Program-made: the position numbers and the translations under genes
The notes under the pieces: generated by a model
The model's input: the letters and a program-made list of their open reading frames with translations, nothing else
Database searches by the model: none
What the model was told of the DNA's origin: nothing
NCBI GenBank assembly: GCA_023898565.1
Contig: CP060228.1
Location: 25,448-89,447, forward strand
Origin: Candidatus Nomurabacteria bacterium
GTDB taxonomy: Bacteria; Patescibacteriota; Minisyncoccia; Phycocordibacterales; UBA918
Direction of reading: 5' to 3'
DNA length: 64,000 nt
In this document: one piece after another, positions 17,948-27,267 of the stretch
Layout of the letters: each line of letters starts with the position of its first letter
How positions within the stretch are numbered: position 1 is the stretch's first letter

Positions 17948-18648
17948 ATCAAACTCTCAATCTCATCTTTACTGTACTTTTTTGGCAGGTATGTGTCAAG
18001 ATTATCGATGTTGAATGTAATTTTATACTGTTTGGTCTTAAGGTTTCTTTCAATAAGATCAACCCGAACACGATTACCGTACTCCCGCTTAATCGTAGCC
18101 ACATTGTCTCGCGCGGCAATAAATTGCTCAATGAAGTCTTCTCTTTGAATATTTCTACCGTCCACCTTTTCCCTGTCTTGAGTAAACTTCCAAGCAATCT
18201 CTGGAGGCTGAAGTACATACTCAATGAATATAGGTCTATCTTTACTGAGCGATAGATCAATATTGTTTCTGGCTTGATCAATTTTTGAAAAAGTACCATC
18301 TAACAAAAAACTATACGATTTACTCTTTACATAGTCATGTAATTTATTAACCCCAAGCGCAACAGCACCTTGGAACAAATGAGCTTTCCCCGGTTCATAC
18401 TGAGGGAGCCAAAGGCGAATTGCATCTGGATCAATCTGAACAATCTTATCTTCTGCTCCCATAATCTCATTGATCAGCCGAGTCGAGAACTCAGTCTTTC
18501 CTGCACCCGGAGATCCAGCCATGAAAATTGATACTGGTCTTCCAACAGGAGTAACCTTACCCACAAAATGATCAACAAGCTCCTTTTGATGCTTCTTGAC
18601 GTGTTCTATTGCTTCAGCAGAAAGATTGTTCTCCTCTGGGCTAGTCAT
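17944..18648 (-). CDS. Zeta-toxin family P-loop kinase (PezT/zeta-like, AAA_33)
   Basis: Walker A FMAGSPGAGKTEFS in the zeta-toxin G(S/Q)PG(A/S)GKT form, LLDGTF, size about 230 aa. Confidence 0.65.
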   Translation of the reverse strand: MTSPEENNLSAEAIEHVKKHQKELVDHFVGKVTPVGRPVSIFMAGSPGAGKTEFSTRLINEIMGAEDKIVQIDPDAIRLWLPQYEPGKAHLFQGAVALGVNKLHDYVKSKSYSFLLDGTFSKIDQARNNIDLSLSKDRPIFIEYVLQPPEIAWKFTQDREKVDGRNIQREDFIEQFIAARDNVATIKREYGNRVRVDLIERNLKTKQYKITFNIDNLDTYLPKKYSKDEIESLI

Positions 18649-21600
18649 GAGTTCTCAATAGTAGCAATCTCCTCGGGGGTCAGGTCATAGAGCTTGTAAA
18701 CTAACTCGTCAGCTTCATTCAAATACTTTTCTGCCGGAATGTTTTGCGTAGTTGCTTTAACTATCTCTTCATAACACACTTTTAGCTTATCAATGCTCAC
18801 GGGATCATGATCTAAACTTGGTAATGGCATATCTCTCAAGTGTCTTGGGTAAAAATGCAATCCATTTGACAACAGTTCACTGAAAAACCAGCTAAGTAAT
18901 TTTGAGTTCAGAATTACAGTTACCGCTTTCATATCATACTTTTGTGACAACTTGATCCGTTCCTGACTTAATTTTCCTTTGACTTGGGAGTAGGTTAAGT
19001 GTTCTAACAAGTGATATGGCACAGCATTAATAAGAGCGTCGTTATTGTAATAACCAACATCGTCATACACCGCTTGGATACCAGTCCTTCCAACAACGTT
19101 TTTCACAACGATCTTGTGACTTTCAAACAACTCCGGGAAACAGGGGGCTTTATGTTTGCTTGGTTGATAGTCTAGATACAGCTTTTTCTTTACCACATAC
19201 CTCTCGAAGTTCTTCCCCTCCAAGTACTGCTTATATCCGTCTGCATAAACATCGTGTATAAAGTCACCCTTACCAATTTTGAGTTTTGTGTTATGTATCT
19301 CTGCCCCCTTTGATACATAAAATGCATTTTCAAACTTGATCGTTGATTTAATGATCTTTTGGATTATCTGGACCTTGCCGTCATCTAAATCAAGTTTGAA
19401 ATTGTAATCTGGATGTATTTTAAAAACCTCCTTGCTAACAGTACTGAATGGTAACGAGTATAGATTGGGTAATTTTTTCGTCTTGTGGACATACGCTTCA
19501 AACTCACCTCCTCCTTCAGCATCATCGTCAGCATTAGATATAATACTTATCTGTGTGTCCACTGTAGCAGAGTCAAACACTTGATGGGCTGAGAAGTCTA
19601 GTAATCTTAATATTCTCTTTCCAAGCAAAAGTGCCCTTAATTGCTTACCGTACGATTGCGCAAGCCACTTGTTACTTGTTATATACGATATGATGCCATT
19701 TACTGCCAAAAGGCCAAAAGCTCGCTCATAGAAAAGAACGTATAGGTCATAATGACCTTTCGCTGTAGTGTATATATTTTGATATTTATCTTTCTGTTCT
19801 GGCTTTATTTTCCAAATACTAACGTATGGTGGGTTCCCTATAACTACATCAAACTTAGCTTCCACATCATGCATAAGCAACTGGTCATAGAAGCTGGCAG
19901 GATGCTCATTACTGAACGGATCATAAGTATGAAGCTGGTCGTTAAGCTGTGAGCCAAACATAGTCCCTTGTTTACGAAGAGTTGAGTATTTTGTCTCAAG
20001 CTTTTCACGTTGCTTAGGAGTTGCCTTAAAATACTCTTTCTTGATCTCTAACAAGGTCTCATATTTACCACCATCATCCAAAGCCGCTTCTTCACTCAGA
20101 GGTAAAAGTGTATTGGCACAGACGAATTTAAACTCTAGGTTTGGCAAGGTGTCCACACCACCATTTGGTTTCTTTTCAACATACTCTTGATCAACCACAA
20201 GAGCAAGAAAACTTCGAAGTCGAGCGATCTCAATAGCAAGTGGCTCGATGTCTACTCCGTAAATGTTACGCTCCATAATACCAAGCTTGGTCCGATACGG
20301 ATCAAAACGAGCATCGAGTCGTTCGTATATCTGGACCAGAAGATGCAGCATACCAATTGGAAAAGCCCCAGACCCACAAGCAGGATCAAGCACTTTCATA
20401 CCATCCAGCGCCTTTACAATCTTCTCTCGCAGCACAGGCTCTACCACGTCCCGCTTACTGTTTGTTCCTGACTTTGCCCAATCACTATCAGGAGTATCAA
20501 GCAATCTATCTATAGAGTTTTTAGCCTTATCTCCAGCCTCTAGTGCAGTACACAAGTATGCCCTGACACTCTCTCGACACATATAAGCCACAATCTCTCT
20601 TGGTGTATAGAAGGCACCTTTCGCTTTTCGAGCCTGCTCTCCTGTTTCTTCATTAATCTCAGCTAACAAGTTTTCAAAGATACGTCCGAGCATTTCAGGA
20701 TCAATCGCAATTTGCTCATAGTCAGGAGTTGACTCATCTGTTGTGAAATTAAACTCGCTGAAATGTTCATAGAGATTAACAAAAAAACCCTTTGGGAAAG
20801 GAATGTCACTTCCCCTCCAATCATCTGGGCGATCTTCAAAGAGTCCTCCGTTTAAGTACGGTGTCTTAAGGTCAGGATGCGGACGCTCACGATCATTCTG
20901 TGGAGTATTTAAAACACCAAAGAAGAGCAGCTCGAGTTTTTCCTTATAGTACGAACTGGCATCCGTGTGTGTAGTATCAAAATAATTGACGTCTCTCGAG
21001 ATAAAACCTTTTTTGTCTAGAAACCAACAAAAGAGCAAACGACCGTGTAGACGATTAGCAAAATGGCGAGCTTCGTCAGAACTTTTACCACCCTCCTCTA
21101 GATGAGAGACCAGATGTTTAAAACTGTTGGCAATACCCTTATAAAAAGCTTCGTTAATGCTTTTTAGCTTGAAACTATCCCAAATAGTTAGATGGAGGGC
21201 TTCACGACCCAAATTGGCTACTCCTTCCCATTTGGAGAAGATGTCTTTTTGCGTATTTGAGAGCTGATCTTTCAGTTCAACAATACGAAGAGACTTATTG
21301 TTAGACAATACTATCAGCAACGCATCATTTTCTGGAGTTAAGAAAAAGTCCACTCCTATCTTCGAAGCAGGGTCCTGTCTTGTAAATAAGGCGTCTTCAT
21401 AGTTTGGCGTAAAATGCACCGCGCCAGACACGTAGAGCTTTGACTTCTTCTTAAGTGCATACAACTTTGCTTCGAGAGGACCTTCTTTTGTGTCATTAAG
21501 GGCAAAGCATGCACGATTACTCTTGAACTTAGGATGAGCCTGAAACCAATGATCATAACGCTCGGCATTGGGCAATTTAAGTGCTGTAAGTAGTACATAA

Positions 21601-21749
21601 TCACTACTTGAGGGGTCATCTGTCTTAACTCCATTCACGTCAGCCAACATCAATACCTCACGAGCGACTCCCAATCCAGCCTCTATGGTTCTTTCGCTAC
21701 TTAATTTACTTAGCGCAGCATCAATTTTTTCAAAAGTATTATTTTGCAT
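18645..21749 (-). CDS. gamma-class N6-adenine DNA methyltransferase of Type IIG / MmeI- or PglX-like architecture (1034 aa)
   Basis: Motif X GAFYTPREIV, motif I VLDPACGSGAFPIGML, YGVDIEPLAIEIARL, motif IV VIGNPPYVSIWK. Includes an N-terminal ~350-aa region with a possible D...ExK nuclease-like segment (VDFFL...IVELK) and a C-terminal ~400-aa TRD-like region. Confidence 0.8.
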   Translation of the reverse strand: MQNNTFEKIDAALSKLSSERTIEAGLGVAREVLMLADVNGVKTDDPSSSDYVLLTALKLPNAERYDHWFQAHPKFKSNRACFALNDTKEGPLEAKLYALKKKSKLYVSGAVHFTPNYEDALFTRQDPASKIGVDFFLTPENDALLIVLSNNKSLRIVELKDQLSNTQKDIFSKWEGVANLGREALHLTIWDSFKLKSINEAFYKGIANSFKHLVSHLEEGGKSSDEARHFANRLHGRLLFCWFLDKKGFISRDVNYFDTTHTDASSYYKEKLELLFFGVLNTPQNDRERPHPDLKTPYLNGGLFEDRPDDWRGSDIPFPKGFFVNLYEHFSEFNFTTDESTPDYEQIAIDPEMLGRIFENLLAEINEETGEQARKAKGAFYTPREIVAYMCRESVRAYLCTALEAGDKAKNSIDRLLDTPDSDWAKSGTNSKRDVVEPVLREKIVKALDGMKVLDPACGSGAFPIGMLHLLVQIYERLDARFDPYRTKLGIMERNIYGVDIEPLAIEIARLRSFLALVVDQEYVEKKPNGGVDTLPNLEFKFVCANTLLPLSEEAALDDGGKYETLLEIKKEYFKATPKQREKLETKYSTLRKQGTMFGSQLNDQLHTYDPFSNEHPASFYDQLLMHDVEAKFDVVIGNPPYVSIWKIKPEQKDKYQNIYTTAKGHYDLYVLFYERAFGLLAVNGIISYITSNKWLAQSYGKQLRALLLGKRILRLLDFSAHQVFDSATVDTQISIISNADDDAEGGGEFEAYVHKTKKLPNLYSLPFSTVSKEVFKIHPDYNFKLDLDDGKVQIIQKIIKSTIKFENAFYVSKGAEIHNTKLKIGKGDFIHDVYADGYKQYLEGKNFERYVVKKKLYLDYQPSKHKAPCFPELFESHKIVVKNVVGRTGIQAVYDDVGYYNNDALINAVPYHLLEHLTYSQVKGKLSQERIKLSQKYDMKAVTVILNSKLLSWFFSELLSNGLHFYPRHLRDMPLPSLDHDPVSIDKLKVCYEEIVKATTQNIPAEKYLNEADELVYKLYDLTPEEIATIENS

Positions 21750-24700
21750 AAAATAATAATGCTTCAGAAGACTCTACCGTTAGGTCTTCAGGTGTATGAG
21801 CAGCAGATGACTGTTCTTCATACGCCTCCTTCAAAGCGTTAATTGTTTGAGGCAGCAGCTGACCACTTTCCTTAATGTCTCGATTTGCAGCTGTAAACAA
21901 CTTATTCCATTTTGTCTTAGATTGGATCGTCATAATGTTCTGAACAACTGACTGGAACTGCAAACCAGGCAAAACACGAGCCAGCTCATCAAGCACCTTA
22001 ACTTGGGATGGTTTGAGCTTACCTGGGGTTGATACTGAAACAGCTTCATTTGAAGCCTGTGCTTCTACCAGCCGACGTACAGCTCCCCTGTCTGCAGTAA
22101 TAGTATCTATCTGACGGCTGTTTTCTTCACTAGTTGTACGCAGATATGTAAGGGCCTCTAGCGTCTCAACCGGATCTGACACGTCACCATCTGATGCCAC
22201 AAAAATGTTTGCACGCAGCTCGTCAGTACCATTTTGCGTGTATACTTCGGTAAGAGAAAGTACTGTCGGGCAATCATGATCATTTCGTGCATGGCTAGGA
22301 AAATAACCCCATTTACCTCGAGGTATACGTTCCATTTGTCGGAAGGCTTCTTCTGTTGCGTTTTTACTAAACGCCCTCAAGTCATTTACATACTCATCTT
22401 CAGACAAAAAGTCATCATCATCCTCCAAAGTTTCAGCATACTCAGTGGCTTTTTCAGAGTATAAGTTCTCGACGTACTCAATTGGGTTTTCTTTCTCCCC
22501 CAAGACGGACTGGTCAGTTCCTATGGAACGACGAATACGTTCGACTTTTCCTTCAAGACGTTTTACTAGTTTCAAATAAGCTTCTAGCTGTGCGGCAGGA
22601 TTTAGATTGTAGATCCAAACCTTTTCATGCGGAGAACCCAAACGATTAATACGGCCGTTACGCTGGATCATGCGGACCGGGTTCCAGTGGAGATCAAAGT
22701 TTATGATAATACCAGAGTCCTGCAAGTTTTGACCCTCAGAAAGTACATCTGTAGCAAATAGGTATTGCAACTCATCCTCCGGGGAGACTTCCGCTTTCTT
22801 TGCTCTAGGCGCAAACCTCTTAGTAAGATCTTCAATTTCTTTTATGTTAGCTCCTGAGATAAATGCCGCCTTCTTAGCAAAGTCCTCACCTAGAATAGTT
22901 GGCAATTTGTCCTGAAGATACGCAATCGTGTCTGCATAAAAACTAAAAACAAGCACCTTACCACCATTTAATTTTTCTTCCCGTAAACCATTTATCAAAG
23001 AAACAAATGCCTGGAGTTTATCGTCTTGTTCCTCAAGTAGTTTACAAACAGAGATGAGGGCTTCGATTATCTTTCGATCGCGATTAAGGTCTGTGCGGAT
23101 TGCTGGGATATTGAATACATTATCGTCTGCTTCAACATGATCAGTATCCAGCTCTACTGCTGCATCGGCCTCAACATCATCACCCTGATCCTTCACAATG
23201 TCATAAATTTGCTTGAAGGTAAGAATGTACCCCTTGGTGAGCCACTCTTCGAAGAGATCAATCTTACCGATGTATGCCTCTAGCGAACGACGTAATGCAT
23301 ACGGAGAAGACTCTAACCTCTTTAGGAGACTCACCCGCAGCATATTGTGGATACTAAGTGCACTCATTAACTTAAAACTCTCTCGCTCATTGAGGTCGTA
23401 TGACTTCACCACCTCAATGTCTTTAGCATAAAACTGATGCTTGTATGTCTCTGATCGATACGGAGTGAAGCCAAGAGTAAGAAGAGAGCGGAAGAGTGAC
23501 ACAAATGTGTCAGGAACTCCTTCTCCCTCTACTATTAGTGATTGGTCTCCTTTCACAATATCTAATGGATGCTGTGTTCTTTGGGTCACTTCCAGAAAAC
23601 GGTCGTGGTCAAGATTGGTCACCGACACTCCCTCGAAATGTTCTACACACTTTTGCAGAGTCTCATATACCACCCGATCTCGCTCACCACCATACTCGTA
23701 AGGAGAGGGTACAACCTCACTCTTAGGGAATGTTCGAAGCACACCATCGTTTCCTAACAGACCACCGAACTCTTTTTCAATACCCGCTCTAGTTGAACGC
23801 ACCAAAAACTGCCTCAACCCCTGTCTCATCACTCGATGTATCCGGTCCCAATCAGGCTCTTGGCTGTCTTTTTCTGACTTTTTTATCTCAGTTGAAAGTC
23901 GACTAACAGCATCGTAGAAGTCGATCACTTCATTTTTCTTGGTCGTTTTAAATACAACAGGAAATGAAGTCAGTTTCCCTTTTGCTGCAAGCTGGACCTG
24001 GTTAACAAAGTCTTCAAGCTGGTTATTAATTGGCGTAGCCGTCAACAGAAGCACCTTGCTGTCTGGATTGGCAGCCAGCCACTCTAGTATCTGCTGATGC
24101 CGTTTACTGGCGTTATTTCGAAGGTTGTGCGCTTCATCAATCACAAAGAGGTCTACAGGCGCATACTTATCAATCACACGAGCTTTCTCGATCGCATCGG
24201 GATTTTGCATCGATATCAACTCGTAACCGTTCACTAACCCATGATGATCAGCCAACTCTTCCCTCCACTGCGACTCCAGTCTCTTGGGAACGATTACATT
24301 GATACGCCGAAAACCTTGCTCGACATAATGCTTAATCACTGCCCCACCGGTGATAGTTTTACCAAGACCTACTGAGTCTGAAAGCATGGCCAAACCATGC
24401 TTTTCTAGCTTATTTATTAGTAATTGAGCATTTCGCTGTTGAAACGCATAGAGCACTTTTTCTACGTCGGCCGAGAGTTCAACATTATCAGCAATTTCTT
24501 CCGAATATAAAGTCAGTAGGGTTTTAATGTACATCTCGTATGGGCTGGGTGTGAGATCCCCAACCGGAGAAGTGCGGACCAGCTCAATAAATGCACCAGT
24601 CCAATCTTCTGTTTTTTCATCTGACCACATCTCATCAAACCATGATAAATGACCTGTTTCCTGCTCAGGACTATTAGGCTTATATGTGACTACACGGTAA

Positions 24701-25188
24701 TCAGTCTCAAGTGCGTTCAGTTCTGCGTTGTCTGTGAGGCCATTTCTCGTGAAGTTTGATGAGCCAATTATCCCCACCGCTTCTGGCGACTCATATGTAC
24801 CAAAGATATAGCATTTAGCATGCAAAAAACTCTTTCGATAGACACGAACTTGAACCTTCCCTTCATCAATCAAACTCTTCAGATGAAACACCACCTCTCG
24901 TAACTCTGGAGTTGGATCAATGCGTTGTAGATCCTGGAAAAAGTCCTCATCAGGATAATCAAGCTCAGGTTCCTCAATATCCTTTTTATTATCGCGCTTG
25001 AGTAACGGTTCTCTCCCTATGAGAATACGCACCTGTTTATAGTCTTTCAGAGCATCTATCACTAGTTTCATCCCCTCAATATCCCAATAACCAGTCGCAA
25101 TGGAAAGATGATCGTGCTGCTTACTTGCTTCAAGAAAAGCATCTAGCATTACGCGACGATTGTTATCAATGATATTTGGGAGTGACAT
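21739..25188 (-). CDS. Fusion protein: N-terminal single-HKD phospholipase-D-family nuclease domain plus SNF2/SF2 helicase (1149 aa)
   Basis: HKD motif SFLHAKCYIFG...IIGSSNFTRNG. SNF2 ATPase motifs DSVGLGKTITGG, LFVIDEAHNLRN, LLLTATPINNQLEDF. C-terminal helicase domain LFATDVLSEGQNLQD, HWNPVRMIQRNGRINRLGS. Confidence 0.8.
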   Translation of the reverse strand: MSLPNIIDNNRRVMLDAFLEASKQHDHLSIATGYWDIEGMKLVIDALKDYKQVRILIGREPLLKRDNKKDIEEPELDYPDEDFFQDLQRIDPTPELREVVFHLKSLIDEGKVQVRVYRKSFLHAKCYIFGTYESPEAVGIIGSSNFTRNGLTDNAELNALETDYRVVTYKPNSPEQETGHLSWFDEMWSDEKTEDWTGAFIELVRTSPVGDLTPSPYEMYIKTLLTLYSEEIADNVELSADVEKVLYAFQQRNAQLLINKLEKHGLAMLSDSVGLGKTITGGAVIKHYVEQGFRRINVIVPKRLESQWREELADHHGLVNGYELISMQNPDAIEKARVIDKYAPVDLFVIDEAHNLRNNASKRHQQILEWLAANPDSKVLLLTATPINNQLEDFVNQVQLAAKGKLTSFPVVFKTTKKNEVIDFYDAVSRLSTEIKKSEKDSQEPDWDRIHRVMRQGLRQFLVRSTRAGIEKEFGGLLGNDGVLRTFPKSEVVPSPYEYGGERDRVVYETLQKCVEHFEGVSVTNLDHDRFLEVTQRTQHPLDIVKGDQSLIVEGEGVPDTFVSLFRSLLTLGFTPYRSETYKHQFYAKDIEVVKSYDLNERESFKLMSALSIHNMLRVSLLKRLESSPYALRRSLEAYIGKIDLFEEWLTKGYILTFKQIYDIVKDQGDDVEADAAVELDTDHVEADDNVFNIPAIRTDLNRDRKIIEALISVCKLLEEQDDKLQAFVSLINGLREEKLNGGKVLVFSFYADTIAYLQDKLPTILGEDFAKKAAFISGANIKEIEDLTKRFAPRAKKAEVSPEDELQYLFATDVLSEGQNLQDSGIIINFDLHWNPVRMIQRNGRINRLGSPHEKVWIYNLNPAAQLEAYLKLVKRLEGKVERIRRSIGTDQSVLGEKENPIEYVENLYSEKATEYAETLEDDDDFLSEDEYVNDLRAFSKNATEEAFRQMERIPRGKWGYFPSHARNDHDCPTVLSLTEVYTQNGTDELRANIFVASDGDVSDPVETLEALTYLRTTSEENSRQIDTITADRGAVRRLVEAQASNEAVSVSTPGKLKPSQVKVLDELARVLPGLQFQSVVQNIMTIQSKTKWNKLFTAANRDIKESGQLLPQTINALKEAYEEQSSAAHTPEDLTVESSEALLFYAK

Positions 25189-25219
25189 AGCTAAAAGAGT
25201 ACCATTTTAAGGGGTGTTT

Positions 25220-25633
25220 TCAAATTAAAATGTCACGGGTTATCTCGACCAACTGGTTTGGATTGGACCTGAGATCAACTTCTATAAACTGCTGGTCTAA
25301 CTCCACGCTATCAAAACGGGCACGTTCTTCAGGAAAGATTTCATTATCAAACCAAATGAGGTCATAGTCCCAATCTATCCCTTCGGTTTTGTTTACATCC
25401 CAGACTGTGCCTTTAATGTCGTCAATAAGCCGGTGTATGTCAGGCGAAGTAACTCGCTTTACTATCTCCTGCGCTCTTGTCGGATCACCTTCTCTACAGT
25501 GAGTTGTAAGCCAATAAAGCTCATGTGTTTGTAAGGCCAAAATAAAGTCTTCAAGACCAGCTGCTGGTTTACCGTAATTTTCTGTTAAGTCCTCATGTAT
25601 AAGAGTACCGTCGATATCTAAGTAAACCTTCAT
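25220..25633 (-). CDS. Small HAD-superfamily-like hydrolase (137 aa)
   Basis: N-terminal LDIDGTL (DxDGT motif I). Abuts the FtsK-like gene. Confidence 0.4.
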   Translation of the reverse strand: MKVYLDIDGTLIHEDLTENYGKPAAGLEDFILALQTHELYWLTTHCREGDPTRAQEIVKRVTSPDIHRLIDDIKGTVWDVNKTEGIDWDYDLIWFDNEIFPEERARFDSVELDQQFIEVDLRSNPNQLVEITRDILI

Positions 25634-25634
25634 G

Positions 25635-27068
25635 TTATTCAGGGTCCACTAATACATTCCGTGGCTTCGATCCATCCTGTGGACCTATCACCCCACTATC
25701 CTCTAGAAGATCCAGCAATCGAGCCGCTCGGGAGTACCCAATACGTAAACTACGTTGTATATACGACGTAGAAGCTTTACCTGCCTTAATCACTGCCGCT
25801 TTAGCATCTTCATACAGATCATCTTCTTCTCCATCTCCACCCACCATGGCGTTGAATATCGCATCATTTCCGTTGTAATGATCGAAGTCTAAGGTGTCCA
25901 GTTCCCCTTCATCATACTTCTTCCAAACTTTGACCCGGTCGATGATCTCATCCTCTGAAATATAGAGTCCCTGAATGCGTTGTGGTCTGAAGTCTTCGGG
26001 AGATTGTAAGAGCATATCCCCCTCGCCTCGCAACTTCTCTGCTCCACCGACATCTAGAATGGTTCGTGAGTCCACCTGACAAGCCACCATCATAGCGATA
26101 CGAGCTGGGATATTGGCCTTAATAGATCCTGTAATAACACTGGTGGATGGTCGCTGGGTGGTCAAAATAAGGTGAATACCGACTGCTCTACTCATTTGTG
26201 CTAAGCGGACCACACAAGCTTCAAACTCGGCAGGATATGTCTGCATAATGTCATTGAGCTCGTCTACAATGATCAGAATAAATGGGAGGGCTTCAGGCAG
26301 CTCAGCACGATCCGCTTCCTTAGCTCCTGCTTTTTCCCAGCTTTCTTTAGCAGGCTGGTACACATCCTTGTGGTAGACAGAAATGTTCATTACTCCTTCT
26401 GCTTCCAGAATGTCATATCGCCGCTCCATCTCCTTTACCGCCCAGGAAAGCGCCTGGACAGCCTTCTTGGCCTGTGTAACAGGCTTAGTGAGCGAGTGTG
26501 GCAATCCATCATATAAAGTAAGCTCAACCAGCTTAGGATCAATGAACATAAAACGGACCTGCTCGGGTGTGTTCTTCTCAATCAGTGCGTTAATGAGTGA
26601 GTGAAGCAAGACAGACTTACCCGAACCAGTGGTCCCGGCAGCCAGGATGTGTGGCATCCGGGCAATGTTCATTAAGTGTCGATTACCAAACTCATCAATA
26701 CCGAGTGGCACCACTAGAGGGCCACTTTCTCTGAACTCTTCCCACTTGAGTGCATCGCTAAAGGGTATGGCTGGTAAGTCTTCCTTCTTAGGTACCGTTA
26801 TACCAACCAGCTTCTTGTTAGGGACCGGAGCCTGGATCTCTACGCCGTCATTACTTAGTTCATACCTGAGGTCCTCCACAAAGCTAGCGAAGGCTTTCAT
26901 CCGCATCGGCTTCTTTGGTTGAAGGTAGAAATGGTAACTACTAAACCCATCAACCGCCTCCACCACCTCAACTGGCACCTTAAACTCCTTAAACATGCTC
27001 ACAATGGTCTCTGCCATCTTCTTAACCACTTCCCTACTCTGAGCAAGGGGGGTATGCTTTTTTAACAT
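25635..27068 (-). CDS. FtsK/SpoIIIE-family DNA translocase lacking an N-terminal membrane anchor (TraB/Tra-like)
   Basis: Walker A LAAGTTGSGKSVLLHSL, Walker B ILIIVDELNDIM, C-terminal gamma winged-helix domain YEDAKAAVIKAGKASTSYIQRSLRIGYSRAARLLDLLEDSGVIGPQDGSKPRNVL. Confidence 0.8.
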   Translation of the reverse strand: MLKKHTPLAQSREVVKKMAETIVSMFKEFKVPVEVVEAVDGFSSYHFYLQPKKPMRMKAFASFVEDLRYELSNDGVEIQAPVPNKKLVGITVPKKEDLPAIPFSDALKWEEFRESGPLVVPLGIDEFGNRHLMNIARMPHILAAGTTGSGKSVLLHSLINALIEKNTPEQVRFMFIDPKLVELTLYDGLPHSLTKPVTQAKKAVQALSWAVKEMERRYDILEAEGVMNISVYHKDVYQPAKESWEKAGAKEADRAELPEALPFILIIVDELNDIMQTYPAEFEACVVRLAQMSRAVGIHLILTTQRPSTSVITGSIKANIPARIAMMVACQVDSRTILDVGGAEKLRGEGDMLLQSPEDFRPQRIQGLYISEDEIIDRVKVWKKYDEGELDTLDFDHYNGNDAIFNAMVGGDGEEDDLYEDAKAAVIKAGKASTSYIQRSLRIGYSRAARLLDLLEDSGVIGPQDGSKPRNVLVDPE

Positions 27069-27267
27069 ACCTTAACTTTACACCCAAAAGGTCCCTCACG
27101 CACAAAACTTATCCCCTACCAGTCAAACACCTAAAATAGGTTGATAAATAAGCCCAGAATGCTTAAATTAGCACATTTACATTTTTGCCCCTTGTCGTGG
27201 TACTAGACTTTATGCAAGCTGCTTGTACAGACACAACTTACTCACATTTATGTTGTAATTTAAAACA

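Noticed and set aside
21739-25188. Calling the locus DISARM or BREX outright
   Set aside because: Only a subset of the component domains is present. DrmA/DrmB (DISARM) and BrxC/PglZ/BrxL (BREX) are absent from the window and from the island.
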